Source of the DNA: Candidatus Omnitrophota bacterium | Lineage (GTDB): Bacteria; Omnitrophota; Gorgyraeia; Zapsychrales; Fredricksoniimonadaceae | Direction of reading: 5' to 3' | Length of the DNA stretch: 64,000 nt | Assembly (NCBI GenBank): GCA_903944345.1 | Contig: CAJARJ010000016.1 | Location: 89,852 to 153,851, forward strand | Part shown: positions 32,852 through 42,280 of the stretch, in pieces | Layout: each line of letters begins with the position of its first letter | Numbering within the stretch: position 1 is the first letter of the stretch | The notes under the pieces: model-generated | Databases searched by the model: none | What the model saw: only the letters and a program-made list of their open reading frames with translations | What the model was told of the DNA's origin: nothing | Translations under genes and position numbers: made by a program

Positions 32852-33925
32852 ATGGAATTAAGAGATCTTTTGCTGGAGTCAATAAACCGGGCCGCTTCAG
32901 ATCTCCATCTTACCAGCGGGATGCCTCCGATTCTCCGGATTGATGGGGATCTGGTTCAAATGAGTGCCCCGCCGCTATCTGCAGACGACACCAAAAGAAT
33001 GATCTACGGTGTTATGTCTGATACTCAAAAGATTCAGTTCGAAGAAGAAAAAGAACTGGATTTCTCGCTGGCGATGACCGGGCTTGATCGTTTTCGTGTC
33101 AATGTTCATATCCAGAGAAGCAGTATCGAAGCTGCGTTCAGAAGAGTCCCGATTTTTATCCCTTCGGCGGATGAACTCAAGCTGCCGCCGATAATCAAGT
33201 CATTGGCGCTCAAAATGAGCGGGTTGGTTCTGGTTACAGGCCCCACCGGGACAGGTAAATCGACCACGATGGCGGCCATGGTCCAGTTGATCAATTCCGA
33301 GCGCAGTTGCATGATCATGGCCATTGAGGATCCGATAGAATTTCTTCATCCCAACAAGAAGTCGGTCATCAAACAGCGCGAAGTCTATCGTGACACCCAT
33401 TCGTTTGCTGAAGCTTTGAAACGTTGTCTGCGTCAGGACCCCGATGTCATTATTGTCGGTGAGATGCGTGATCTGGAAACCATTGCCACTGCGCTGACTG
33501 CGGCAGAAACCGGACACCTGGTTCTGGCAACACTGCATACTCCTGATGCGCCCCAGACGATTGAGCGTATTATTGACGTTTTCCCTCCTCATCAGCAGAT
33601 GCAGATTCGCCAACAGTTGGCGAGCTGCCTTCAGGGAGTTGTTTCGCAGAAACTGTTACCGCATATGAGCGGCAAAGGTCGGGTTCTGGCCCTTGAGATC
33701 ATGATTGCGACACCGGCTATACGTAATATGATACGGGAACAAAGTGTTGAGCAAATGCCGACTATTATTCAAACCGGAGCTCAATATGGTATGAAGACGA
33801 TGGATCGTTCCCTGCGGGATCTTTTTGAGTCAGGGCAGGTGACACTTGACGTTGCTTTGAGCCATGCCAAGAATGCCGAGGAATTTAGACAATTTACCAG
33901 GGTTATGCCCGGGATCAAAAGATAG
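32852..33925 (+). CDS. pilT: Type IV pilus retraction ATPase PilT family
   Basis: Walker A GPTGTGKSTT, AIEDPIEFLH, His-box TLHT; 357 aa. Confidence 0.88.
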   Translation: MELRDLLLESINRAASDLHLTSGMPPILRIDGDLVQMSAPPLSADDTKRMIYGVMSDTQKIQFEEEKELDFSLAMTGLDRFRVNVHIQRSSIEAAFRRVPIFIPSADELKLPPIIKSLALKMSGLVLVTGPTGTGKSTTMAAMVQLINSERSCMIMAIEDPIEFLHPNKKSVIKQREVYRDTHSFAEALKRCLRQDPDVIIVGEMRDLETIATALTAAETGHLVLATLHTPDAPQTIERIIDVFPPHQQMQIRQQLASCLQGVVSQKLLPHMSGKGRVLALEIMIATPAIRNMIREQSVEQMPTIIQTGAQYGMKTMDRSLRDLFESGQVTLDVALSHAKNAEEFRQFTRVMPGIKR

Positions 33926-33935
33926 AGAGGGAAAT

Positions 33936-35030
33936 ATGTCTTATCGTATTACATTGCTTCCCGGGGACGGTATTGGTCCGGAAGTTTCTTCTGCCATGCA
34001 GAAGTGTGTTGATGCCACCGGAGTTGATATCCTTTGGGAAGAGGTGATGGTGGGCGCTCCAGCCATTGCGCAGCACGGTACCCCGTTGCCTCAGGCGGCA
34101 ATTGATTCAATCAAGAAGAATAAGGTTGCCATCAAGGGACCAATTGAAACTCCGGTTGGCAAGGGGTTTCGTTCTGTGAATGTTCAGTTGCGCCAGGAAC
34201 TGGATCTTTTTGCCTGTGTGCGTCCGGCCAGGTACATTGAGGGGACTCAGGCAGTCAACAAGAACGTCAACCTGATGATTTTCCGGGAGAATACCGAGGA
34301 TCTTTATTCTGGGGTTGAGTTTGATCAGGGGTCTCCAGAGGCGAGCCAGCTGATTTCTTTGGTTAACTCTTTTCCGGGCAAGAAAGTTCGTCCGGATTCT
34401 TCTATATCGATAAAGCCCATTTCTGCTTTTGGGTCAGAACGAATTATTCGTGCCGCTTTTGAGTATGCGGTTAATCATGGCCGCAAGAAGGTGTCGCTGG
34501 TTCATAAAGCAAACATTATGAAATATACAGACGGATTGTTTTTGCATACGGGTCGCAAGATGGCAGAGGAGTATGCGGGGCGGGTTGTTTTCGAGGATGT
34601 TATCGTTGACAACATGTGCATGCAGCTTGTGCAGAGGCCTGAAAATTACGATGTTCTGGTTTTGACCAATCTTTATGGGGATATTATTTCTGATCTTTGT
34701 GCGGGCCTGGTCGGAGGACTCGGGCTGGCTCCGGGAGCAAATATCGGAACGGCTGCGGCGTTGTTTGAACCGGTGCACGGATCGGCCCCCAAATATGCGG
34801 GACTTAACAAGGTTAATCCTACCGCCACGATTCTATCGGCGGTGATGATGTTGGATCATATCGGAGAAGCCGTTGCGGCCAGGCGTCTGGAAACGGCGGT
34901 GTTCGACGTGATCAGGGCAGGTAAAGATGTAACTTATGACCTTAAATCTGATCGCAATGATGTGTCGGCTGTTGGAACAAAAGAAATGGCCCAGGCTATC
35001 TGTCAGAGGATAAAAGCTCTTGGTAATTAA
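33936..35030 (+). CDS. icd: Isocitrate dehydrogenase (isocitrate/isopropylmalate dehydrogenase family)
   Basis: [13 protein letters not shown]; substrate-binding [19 protein letters not shown] carries the S-x-N signature of IDH; ATG 33936 after SD gagaggga (ORF-track start 33864 over-extends into pilT). Confidence 0.85.
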   Translation: MSYRITLLPGDGIGPEVSSAMQKCVDATGVDILWEEVMVGAPAIAQHGTPLPQAAIDSIKKNKVAIKGPIETPVGKGFRSVNVQLRQELDLFACVRPARYIEGTQAVNKNVNLMIFRENTEDLYSGVEFDQGSPEASQLISLVNSFPGKKVRPDSSISIKPISAFGSERIIRAAFEYAVNHGRKKVSLVHKANIMKYTDGLFLHTGRKMAEEYAGRVVFEDVIVDNMCMQLVQRPENYDVLVLTNLYGDIISDLCAGLVGGLGLAPGANIGTAAALFEPVHGSAPKYAGLNKVNPTATILSAVMMLDHIGEAVAARRLETAVFDVIRAGKDVTYDLKSDRNDVSAVGTKEMAQAICQRIKALGN

Positions 35031-35075
35031 GGAAGCTTTCTGTTTTTTGTATTTATGAGGTTGTTTCAATACTTT

Positions 35076-35109
35076 AAACCCCGTTTTTGAAAATAAGCGG
35101 GGTTTTTTT
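35076..35109 (+). terminator. Rho-independent terminator after icd
   Basis: aaaccccg ... cggggttt 8-bp stem followed by a run of seven T. Confidence 0.75.
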
Positions 35110-35125
35110 CTTGGATCATGGCAGA

Positions 35126-35776
35126 ATGATGTCACCTATACGATTTGAAGACTGGGGTATCGTAGATTATCAGACGGCATGGCTACGGCAGAAGAAGCTG
35201 GTTGGGGAAGTGGTTGCCGGGGCAGGGGACGTTCTTGTTGTTTGCGAGCATCCATGCGTGATTACTTTGGGGCGACAGGCGCATGAACAGAATCTTTTGT
35301 TGAGTCGTTCCGGTTTACAGGAAAAAGGTGTTCCGGTTTTGAGTGTTGATCGTGGCGGAGACGTCACGCTGCATGCTCCCGGGCAGATGGTCGTTTATCC
35401 TCTCGTTGATCTTAAACGGGCAGGGATGGGACTTAAAAAATATCTGATCAATTTGGAACAAGTGGTCGTTGCTTTCCTGGCGGGTTTTGGTATAGTGGCA
35501 AACGGTGACGAAAGCCGTCGGGGGGTATGGGTCGGCAATAAAAAGATCGCGTCGATCGGAATCGGCGTGTCCCGTTGGGTATCTTTTCACGGTATCGGGC
35601 TGAATATTGCTACTGACCTGAGTTTGTTTCGTTTGATCCGGCCATGTGGGCTTTCTGTGGAAATGACATCAGTCAGCGAATTGCTTCATAAGCGGGTGCC
35701 GGTTAGCGACACCAAGAGTTTATTCGGAGAACAGTTTGTGCGTACGTTCAACTCGGACTTTTCTGTCAAAAGTTGA
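35126..35776 (+). CDS. lipB: Octanoyltransferase LipB (lipoyl(octanoyl) transferase)
   Basis: DRGGDVTLHAPGQMVVYP and KKIASIGIGVSRWVSFHGIGLNI motifs; ATG 35126 just after the terminator (ORF-track start 35087 runs through the terminator). Confidence 0.9.
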   Translation: MMSPIRFEDWGIVDYQTAWLRQKKLVGEVVAGAGDVLVVCEHPCVITLGRQAHEQNLLLSRSGLQEKGVPVLSVDRGGDVTLHAPGQMVVYPLVDLKRAGMGLKKYLINLEQVVVAFLAGFGIVANGDESRRGVWVGNKKIASIGIGVSRWVSFHGIGLNIATDLSLFRLIRPCGLSVEMTSVSELLHKRVPVSDTKSLFGEQFVRTFNSDFSVKS

Positions 35777-35830
35777 GTTTCGGGCTGATCTGGATTTGGA
35801 ATAATTTTCTGTGCAGGCGGAGGTTGCCAG

Positions 35831-36061
35831 GTGATCCCTGTTATTATCCCTGATCTCGGGGAAGAAATCATAAAAGTCCAGTTGGTCGGCTGGTTGGTTG
35901 CTGAAGGCCAGCAGCTGTCAGAAGGCGAGGATATCGCCGAGGTTGTTACTGATAAAGCGGTGTTTAATATAGCCTCACCGGCCGCAGGGGTCTTTCTCCG
36001 GAAACATTACGAAGCCGGGGCGGAAATTGATGTCGGCACCATGATTGCCGAGATTGGTTAA
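35831..36061 (+). CDS. Stand-alone lipoyl-attachment domain protein (76 aa)
   Basis: E2-type lipoyl domain: QLVGWLVAEGQQLSEGEDIAEVVTDKAVFNIASPAAGV with lipoyl-lysine in TDKA; GTG start; no catalytic E2 domain follows. Confidence 0.75.
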   Translation: MIPVIIPDLGEEIIKVQLVGWLVAEGQQLSEGEDIAEVVTDKAVFNIASPAAGVFLRKHYEAGAEIDVGTMIAEIG

Positions 36062-36064
36062 GAT

Positions 36065-37201
36065 ATGAAGAAGAAAATTCTGTTGATGTACATTTCTAAA
36101 GTTTCAGGTCATCGTCAGGCAACGGTAGCCATTGAACGATCAATTGAAAAGATGATTCCGCAGGCGGAGGTTCACAGCATTAACGGGTTTGGCTACAATT
36201 ACCCTGTTCTGGAGCGAGTGATTAATGCTGCTTATATGGGGGTGATTTGTCATACTCCAAAAGTATGGGATTATTTGTATGATAATCCCAAGGTGGTCAA
36301 GCGTTCCGCCAATTTACGAAAGTTCCTCAACCGTTCCAGCCACAAGAAGCTGGAGAAGCTTTTTTCTTCTTTTCCCGCCGATCTTGTGATCTGTTCCCAG
36401 GCTTTCCCTTGCGGGATGGTGGCGGATTACAAGCTTTCCAAGGGTCTGAAAATGAAACTTATTGGGGTTCTGACAGATTGGGCCCCGCACTCATTCTGGA
36501 TTCACCCCGGAGTGGATTACTATGTTGTCCCTTCGGAGGATACCAGGGAGCGTTTTGTCAAGAAGGGCGTCCCGGCTGAAAAGATCAAGGTTTTGGGGAT
36601 CCCGATTCATTACAAGTTTGCCGAGAGACACGACAGATTAAGGATCAAGACTAAATTGGGACTGGATCCTTTGGTTCCTGTTGTGTTGATTATGGGTGGA
36701 GGCCAGGGGTTGGGGCCAGTCAAGGATGCCTTGCGTTGTATGACGAAGCTCTCCATTCCGGTTCAGTTTGTTGTTGTTGCCGGAGCCAATCTCAGACTTT
36801 ATCAGTGGTTGCTCAAGTTCGCGCGCACATCATCAAAGAAAATATTGCCGCTGGATTTTGCCGCCAATGTCGATGAATTGATGGATGCAGCTTCATTGAT
36901 TGTAACCAAGCCCGGAGGCATGACTACATCTGAATGTTTGGTTAAGGGAGTCCCGATGGTGATTCTTAACCCTTTACCGGGTCAAGAAGTCAGAAACTCG
37001 GATTTTCTGATCGAGAAGGGGATTGCTGTGCATGTTCACGATGTCCGCGATCTTGCGGAAGAAGTCGAATTGCTTTTGCGTTCTCCTGATCGGTTGGCTT
37101 CCATGAGCCAGAAAGCTCTTGAATACGGCAAGCCGCATGCTGCGGACGATATTACCCGTCTGGCGATGACCTTGATTGGAACTGGTGAATTAGCACGCTA
37201 G
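36065..37201 (+). CDS. Diacylglycerol glycosyltransferase, MGDG-synthase/UgtP-like (GT28 family)
   Basis: N-terminal MGDG-synthase-like region aligns with B. subtilis UgtP (VLTDWAPHSFWIHPGVDYYVV, VLGIPIHYKF) plus a GT28 C-terminal domain (GGGQGLGP). Confidence 0.8.
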   Translation: MKKKILLMYISKVSGHRQATVAIERSIEKMIPQAEVHSINGFGYNYPVLERVINAAYMGVICHTPKVWDYLYDNPKVVKRSANLRKFLNRSSHKKLEKLFSSFPADLVICSQAFPCGMVADYKLSKGLKMKLIGVLTDWAPHSFWIHPGVDYYVVPSEDTRERFVKKGVPAEKIKVLGIPIHYKFAERHDRLRIKTKLGLDPLVPVVLIMGGGQGLGPVKDALRCMTKLSIPVQFVVVAGANLRLYQWLLKFARTSSKKILPLDFAANVDELMDAASLIVTKPGGMTTSECLVKGVPMVILNPLPGQEVRNSDFLIEKGIAVHVHDVRDLAEEVELLLRSPDRLASMSQKALEYGKPHAADDITRLAMTLIGTGELAR

Positions 37202-37280
37202 GACAGGTTGGTTCCGGAAATTTTCCCGGGAAGAGCAGATTGCTCCTTTGACAATATCGAGTTGATGTGTAGAACAAATC

Positions 37281-38168
37281 ATGTTTCAGTACTTGCTTTA
37301 TAAAATAGGTCAGGGACTTATTCATTGCGTACCGCGCAGGTGGGCCTATGCGTTGGCACTGTTTTTGTCCGATTGGCATTTCCGGTTTTCTACCAAAGAC
37401 CGGGAGGCTGTTATGGCAAATTTGCGTTATATTACCGGCTCGGATCAGGATATCGAGTCAAGAGCCAGACAGGTGTTTCGCAATTTTGGACGTTATCTGG
37501 TGGATTTCTTTTTTATGTACCAGGTCAATGATCATTTTCTGCGCGATCAACTGAGAATTGAAGGTCGGGAACATCTTGAAGCGGCGTTAGCCAGGCAGAA
37601 AGGTGTCATTATTCTTACTGCGCATATTGGAAATTGGGAAATGGGGGCTGCCGTTCTGGCCAAAATGGGGCATAAACTGACGGCGATTGCGTTGCCGCAT
37701 AAACAGAAACTGGTTAACGGACTTTTTAATCGTCAGCGCATAGCGCATGGGGTGACAGTTGTCCCAACAAGTGTTTCCGTTCGTAAATGTGTTGAGGCCT
37801 TGCGCCGGGGAGAGCTGATCGCCCTGCTGGGTGACCGGGATTTTGGCGCATTCGGGGAACTTTTACCTTTTCTTGGCAGGATGACCCACATTCCCAAAGG
37901 GGCGGCTTTCTTTTCCGTGAAGACCAAGGCGCCAATCCTTCCTTCGTTTTTGGTTCCGGACGGGAAAGGCGGGTATGTCATGTCGTTCTTTGAGCCGATT
38001 TATCCTTCTTGTGCAGTTGCCGGGGAAGCGCTCTCTGCTATTCAGCAGATCATGCGGCGTTATGTCAGCGTTATAGAGAGCAAGATCATCGAAGACCCTG
38101 CGCAGTGGCTGATGTTCAGGCAATTTGGAGTTGAAAATGAAGGTTTGCATACTCATTCCGGCGTATAA
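37281..38168 (+). CDS. Lipid A biosynthesis (LpxL/HtrB-family) acyltransferase
   Basis: HIGNWE (H-x4-E/D) catalytic motif, LGDRDFG; 295 aa. Confidence 0.8.
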   Translation: MFQYLLYKIGQGLIHCVPRRWAYALALFLSDWHFRFSTKDREAVMANLRYITGSDQDIESRARQVFRNFGRYLVDFFFMYQVNDHFLRDQLRIEGREHLEAALARQKGVIILTAHIGNWEMGAAVLAKMGHKLTAIALPHKQKLVNGLFNRQRIAHGVTVVPTSVSVRKCVEALRRGELIALLGDRDFGAFGELLPFLGRMTHIPKGAAFFSVKTKAPILPSFLVPDGKGGYVMSFFEPIYPSCAVAGEALSAIQQIMRRYVSVIESKIIEDPAQWLMFRQFGVENEGLHTHSGV

Positions 38169-38805
38169 CGAGGCCAAGAATATCGCTCGCTTGGTTCAGG
38201 AGATTCGCAAACAGGGATTATATGCTCTGGTTGTTGACGATGGATCTGCCGATGCCACCGCCAGGCTTGCGGCGGAGGCAGGAGCCGAGGTTTTGGTAAA
38301 TCCTTCCAATCAAGGCAAGGGCTTCTCCTTGCAGCGTGGATTTGATCATATTGCCAATCAGGGGATATACGCTGCTCTTATAACCATGGATGGTGATGGG
38401 CAGCATGCACTGGAAGATTTGTCTGCTTTTGTAGCCTTGTTTGAAAAAGGTGGAACTGATATTATTTGCGGCAACCGGATGAATAATCCCCAAAGGATGC
38501 CTTTACTCCGGTTAGCGACGAATAGATTTATGTCGTGGTTGATTTCTCTGGTATGCCGACAGCGCGTGGAAGACAGCCAATGCGGGTTTCGTCTTATCAG
38601 GACAGAGGTTCTAAAGCATATTCATCTGGCTTCAACCGGTTTTGAGATTGAATCTGAGGTGTTGATCAAGGCGGCTAAAAAAGGATATCGAATCGGGTCG
38701 GTCGATATCCGGACAATCTATGCTGGGGAGAAAAGCAGGATTAATCCGTTTTCCGACACATGGCGTTTTATTGTTTATATTGTTCGCGAACTTCTTGCCC
38801 GCTGA
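38137..38805 (+). CDS. Glycosyltransferase family 2 (polyprenyl-phosphate / Dpm1-like)
   Basis: ILIPAYNEAKNI, VVDDGSADAT, MDGDGQH (DxD); ATG 38137 overlaps the upstream gene by 32 nt. Confidence 0.82.
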   Translation: MKVCILIPAYNEAKNIARLVQEIRKQGLYALVVDDGSADATARLAAEAGAEVLVNPSNQGKGFSLQRGFDHIANQGIYAALITMDGDGQHALEDLSAFVALFEKGGTDIICGNRMNNPQRMPLLRLATNRFMSWLISLVCRQRVEDSQCGFRLIRTEVLKHIHLASTGFEIESEVLIKAAKKGYRIGSVDIRTIYAGEKSRINPFSDTWRFIVYIVRELLAR

Positions 38806-38822
38806 CAGCTTCGGATAGGATC

Positions 38823-39500
38823 ATGGAAGAAAGAATTTTTTATATAGCTATTATCTTGTCGCTGGTTTTTCATGTTGCTCTTCTGACGAGGATTACCGGT
38901 CAGGTCAATGTTCTTGAGCAGATGAAAAAGAAGAATCCCGAGATGGTCTACGAGGCGGTCAGGCCGGCACCTGTCAGAAACGAGAAAGTTTCGGAGATTT
39001 CTGTCCAGCAGACGGCTGCTGCGGCGCGTGTCGAGGTTCCTGCAACGACACATCAGGAAACGTCCAGAGAGATTCCCTTGTTTCGTAAGACCGGACCGGA
39101 AGTGGATACTTACAGAATGTATGAGCGCCAGCCGGAGAAACTGAAAGGCTCCCGGGTTACCAAGGAAGTTGTTATTCCGGTATTGAAGTCTGAAAAGATA
39201 GATACACCGACATATGTTTCTTATTATCAGATTGTGCGTGACCGGATCCGGGAGCGGGCTTATGTCAATTATGTTAAGCTCAGTATTGGGGAGGTTTACA
39301 TAACTTTCGTGATTCGTTCGGATGGAAGTCTTGACCAGATGCAGATTATTGAAAGTCGGACGATCGCAAATGATTTTCTGCGGCAAGTCGGAGAACGCAG
39401 CGTTCGGGAGGCGGCTCCTTTCCCTCCGTTTCCAGCCGAGCTTAATTATCCCGAGTTGACTTTTAATATTGCCATATCGTTTCAGTATCGGGAGGATTGA
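38823..39500 (+). CDS. TonB-family protein (N-terminal TM anchor, C-terminal TonB domain)
   Basis: TM helix IFYIAIILSLVFHVALL; C-terminal GEVYITFVIRSDGSLDQMQIIESRT...AAPFPPFP resembles the TonB C-terminal domain. Confidence 0.65.
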   Translation: MEERIFYIAIILSLVFHVALLTRITGQVNVLEQMKKKNPEMVYEAVRPAPVRNEKVSEISVQQTAAAARVEVPATTHQETSREIPLFRKTGPEVDTYRMYERQPEKLKGSRVTKEVVIPVLKSEKIDTPTYVSYYQIVRDRIRERAYVNYVKLSIGEVYITFVIRSDGSLDQMQIIESRTIANDFLRQVGERSVREAAPFPPFPAELNYPELTFNIAISFQYRED

Positions 39501-39555
39501 GGCTGACGGGGTGTGATTCTCTGCCGGAGAAAGTATCGGCTTGTCGGCTGGTTTG

Positions 39556-39564
39556 TGCTAGAAT
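39556..39564 (+). promoter_or_regulatory. Extended -10 promoter element TGcTAGAAT upstream of the DUF1844 gene
   Basis: TG at 39556-39557 and TAGAAT at 39559-39564; no good -35; followed by SD gagaggtga and ATG 39609. Confidence 0.4.
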
Positions 39565-39608
39565 CAGTATCATTTTTCAACAGAAGATATTCCATGAGAG
39601 GTGAAAGT

Positions 39609-40025
39609 ATGTGTTCTGAAAAAAATAGCGACGTATCTTGTAAAGACGATGTGAATCAGCCTAAAGACGCTGAAGATTGCTCGTGTCAGGGGTGCGGGAG
39701 CGATTGTTCCTGTGAAGATGAGTGTTCGGATGATTGTTCCTGTGGGCAAGGTGGCGGCGAGATGCAGGTTAATTTTGCTAACTATTTGATGTCAATGGCC
39801 TATCAGGCAATGATTTTCCTGGGAGAGCTTCCCAATCCGGCCACCGGGCAAACGGAGCGCAATATTCGTCAGGCCAAGTTCCTGATTGATACTCTGGCAA
39901 TGATTCAGGAAAAGACCAGAGGAAATCTTTCTCAGGAGGAAGAGGCCTTTCTTTCCACATCCCTGGGTGAACTTAGAACAAAGCATCTTGAGGCTGTAGA
40001 AAAAGAAAAGTCCGGAAAAAACTAA
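39609..40025 (+). CDS. DUF1844-family protein with Cys-rich (metallothionein-like) N-terminal region
   Basis: C-terminal region ANYLMSMAYQAMIFLGELPNPATGQTERNIRQAKFLIDTLAMIQEKTRGNL fits DUF1844; N-terminal 45 aa contain 10 Cys in CSC/CxC repeats; start chosen at ATG 39609 behind SD (ORF track begins 39513). Confidence 0.7.
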   Translation: MCSEKNSDVSCKDDVNQPKDAEDCSCQGCGSDCSCEDECSDDCSCGQGGGEMQVNFANYLMSMAYQAMIFLGELPNPATGQTERNIRQAKFLIDTLAMIQEKTRGNLSQEEEAFLSTSLGELRTKHLEAVEKEKSGKN

Positions 40026-40037
40026 CGGAGATTTGTC

Positions 40038-40199
40038 ATGATCGATAAAGAGTTGCTTTCTATTCTGGCGTGTCCGGCCTGTCAGTCTGATCTTGTGCAG
40101 AAGGGGGAACAGCTGGTGTGCCAGAATGCGGATTGTGCCTTGAAGTATCCTGTCCGTAACGGGATCCCAGTTTTGCTTGTGGATGAGGCTTCCAGATAG
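40038..40199 (+). CDS. Trm112/YcaR-like small zinc-ribbon protein (UPF0434 family)
   Basis: 53 aa [53 protein letters not shown]; below the ORF-track cutoff. Confidence 0.75.
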   Translation: MIDKELLSILACPACQSDLVQKGEQLVCQNADCALKYPVRNGIPVLLVDEASR

Positions 40200-40225
40200 C
40201 GGAATCGGTAATCAGTGGGGAATAT

Positions 40226-40669
40226 ATGAAGAAAATTCTTGTGATTCATGGGCCTAATTTGCAGCTGTTAGGGCAGAGAGAGACCGCTATTTACGGGGTT
40301 TTGACCATGGAAGAAATTAACAAGACGCTGGAAGCGGTGGCTGCTTCACGTCAGGCACAGTTAACTTTTTTTCAGTCGAATCACGAGGGCGGTATTGTGG
40401 ATCGGATCGGAGTAGCTTCTGCGGAGGGGTTTGCCGGGATAGTTATTAATCCTGCGGCGTATACTCATACCAGTGTTGCGATTCGGGATGCTGTTTCGGC
40501 TAGTCCCTTGCCTGTCGTTGAGGTGCATTTGTCCAATATTCATAAAAGAGAAGAGTTTCGTCATCATTCCATAATTGCTCCTGCGGCCTGCGGACAGATT
40601 AGCGGTTTTGGCGCACAGAGTTATGTGCTTGGTTTAATGGCGGTTATCGGCATTCTTGAGAGTCATTGA
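40226..40669 (+). CDS. aroQ: 3-dehydroquinate dehydratase type II
   Basis: [16 protein letters not shown] and [15 protein letters not shown] motifs. Confidence 0.93.
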   Translation: MKKILVIHGPNLQLLGQRETAIYGVLTMEEINKTLEAVAASRQAQLTFFQSNHEGGIVDRIGVASAEGFAGIVINPAAYTHTSVAIRDAVSASPLPVVEVHLSNIHKREEFRHHSIIAPAACGQISGFGAQSYVLGLMAVIGILESH

Positions 40670-41730
40670 CTGTGACTGCTCGTATTTCTTCTCTCACGGC
40701 ATTGTTCGCGATTTTCAAGATTGATGCTCTTTTGCTTTGTGATGATGCCAGCATATTTTATCTTACCGGTTATCCTGCTCATGAATCCTGGCTTCTGGTC
40801 ACAACGCAGACAGCGCATTTTATTACAGATTCTCGCTATTATCTTGAAGCACAAGAGGGCCTGAAAGCAACAGGGATAGAAGTGATTGATTCCGGAGTTT
40901 TGCCGGTTGCGCTTACTTTGTCTTTGGCCAAACGCTGGAAGATTAGAGCTTTGGGTCTTGATGAAAGGCGCGTTAATGCCGCCCTGGTTCGCAGGCTGCG
41001 TACAGATAAGCCTGCAAGTCTGTCTTTGAAAGCGGCGGACGGGATTGTTGACGGTCTGAGGATGGTCAAGGATGTCTTTGAATTGGACAAAATAAAGGCG
41101 GCAATCAAGATCAATTTACAGTTATATAAATATCTTTCTGCGAGGATTCGCGATTCGCGCAGGGAAATAGATTATCTGCAAGATCTTGAAGGGTTTGTGC
41201 GCCGAAAGAAGGTGGCGTTCTCTTTTCCTCCGATTATTGCTTCCGGCCCTAATGCCGCAATGCCGCATGCTCGTGTGACTGGGCGGAAACTCTCTACAGG
41301 AGAAGCACTTCTGGTTGATGTGGGGGTAGAAAAGGATGGCTACAAGTCCGACTTGACACGTATGTTCTTTTTGGGTAAAATGAGCCTCCGTTTCAGACAA
41401 GTTTTCTCGCATGTCCAGGAGGCGCAATTAAAAGCGATAGCACGGATCAAGCCTGGTGTTGCAGCAAAAGATATAGATAGTGCGGCACGCCTGTATCTGA
41501 AAGAAAAGAGTCTTGACCAGTATTTCGGGCACTCTCTTGGGCATGGGGTAGGGATTGATGTTCATGAAATGCCCTCTATTTCTCAGCGAAGTAATATTAT
41601 ATTAAAAGAAGGCATGGTTTTTACGGTTGAACCAGGGGTGTATATCCCTGGTCAGTTCGGAGTACGTCTGGAAGAAATGGTTCTGGTAACAAAAACAGGA
41701 TGTGAGGTATTAAGTGTCGATCGCAATTAA
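40666..41730 (+). CDS. pepP: Xaa-Pro aminopeptidase / M24B family peptidase
   Basis: Creatinase-like N-terminal domain plus M24 metal-ligand region [13 protein letters not shown]...VFTVEPGVY. Confidence 0.85.
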   Translation: MTVTARISSLTALFAIFKIDALLLCDDASIFYLTGYPAHESWLLVTTQTAHFITDSRYYLEAQEGLKATGIEVIDSGVLPVALTLSLAKRWKIRALGLDERRVNAALVRRLRTDKPASLSLKAADGIVDGLRMVKDVFELDKIKAAIKINLQLYKYLSARIRDSRREIDYLQDLEGFVRRKKVAFSFPPIIASGPNAAMPHARVTGRKLSTGEALLVDVGVEKDGYKSDLTRMFFLGKMSLRFRQVFSHVQEAQLKAIARIKPGVAAKDIDSAARLYLKEKSLDQYFGHSLGHGVGIDVHEMPSISQRSNIILKEGMVFTVEPGVYIPGQFGVRLEEMVLVTKTGCEVLSVDRN

Positions 41731-42280
41731 TGAAGTTTCCAAAGGCCTAGCCCTCAATATTGAAGGAAATATTTGCGTTATTGTAGACTTCAGTCATGTC
41801 AAACCTGCCAAGGGTAGTGCGTTTGTACGTATCAAGCTCAAGAATTTGAAGACTGCTTCCGTCATTGAGCGGACTTATCGTTCTGCAGAAACACTTGAGG
41901 ATGTTCCGCTAGAAGAGCGGCGTTTTCAGTTTTTATACAGTTCCGGGGACGAGTTTCACTTTATGGATCAGACTACATATGAGGAGCATATTCTTCGGGG
42001 GGAAGAACTTGGAGATATGGTGAATTTTCTTCTGGAGAATCTCCAGGTTTTTGGTTTTGTCTATCAGGAAAAAGTTCTCAAGATTGAACTGCCGAATTTT
42101 ATTGTGACCAGGATCGTGGAGACCGAACCTGGAGTTAAGGGCGATTCAACCAAATCCAATACGAAGCCGGCCAAGATCGAAACAGGGGCGACTATTCTTG
42201 TTCCTTTGTTCGTCAACGTTGATGATGACGTGAAGATCGATACCCGGTCCGGTTCGTATGTTGAAAGGGTGAAAAGATGA
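41714..42280 (+). CDS. efp: Elongation factor P
   Basis: FVRIKLKNLKTASVIERTYRS (KOW-like domain I) and three-domain length; GTG start. Confidence 0.92.
   Translation: MSIAINEVSKGLALNIEGNICVIVDFSHVKPAKGSAFVRIKLKNLKTASVIERTYRSAETLEDVPLEERRFQFLYSSGDEFHFMDQTTYEEHILRGEELGDMVNFLLENLQVFGFVYQEKVLKIELPNFIVTRIVETEPGVKGDSTKSNTKPAKIETGATILVPLFVNVDDDVKIDTRSGSYVERVKR

Noticed and set aside
33864-33935. N-terminal 24-aa extension of icd in the ORF track
   Set aside because: It overlaps the pilT 3' end. ATG 33936 has a good SD and gives the canonical [17 protein letters not shown] start.
37202-37280. Weak inverted repeat ccggaaattttcccgg and a TTGACA-like hexamer before the acyltransferase gene
   Set aside because: The stem is imperfect (two mismatches in eight pairs) and the -10 candidate (TAGAAC) is poor. 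Not enough to call a promoter or terminator.
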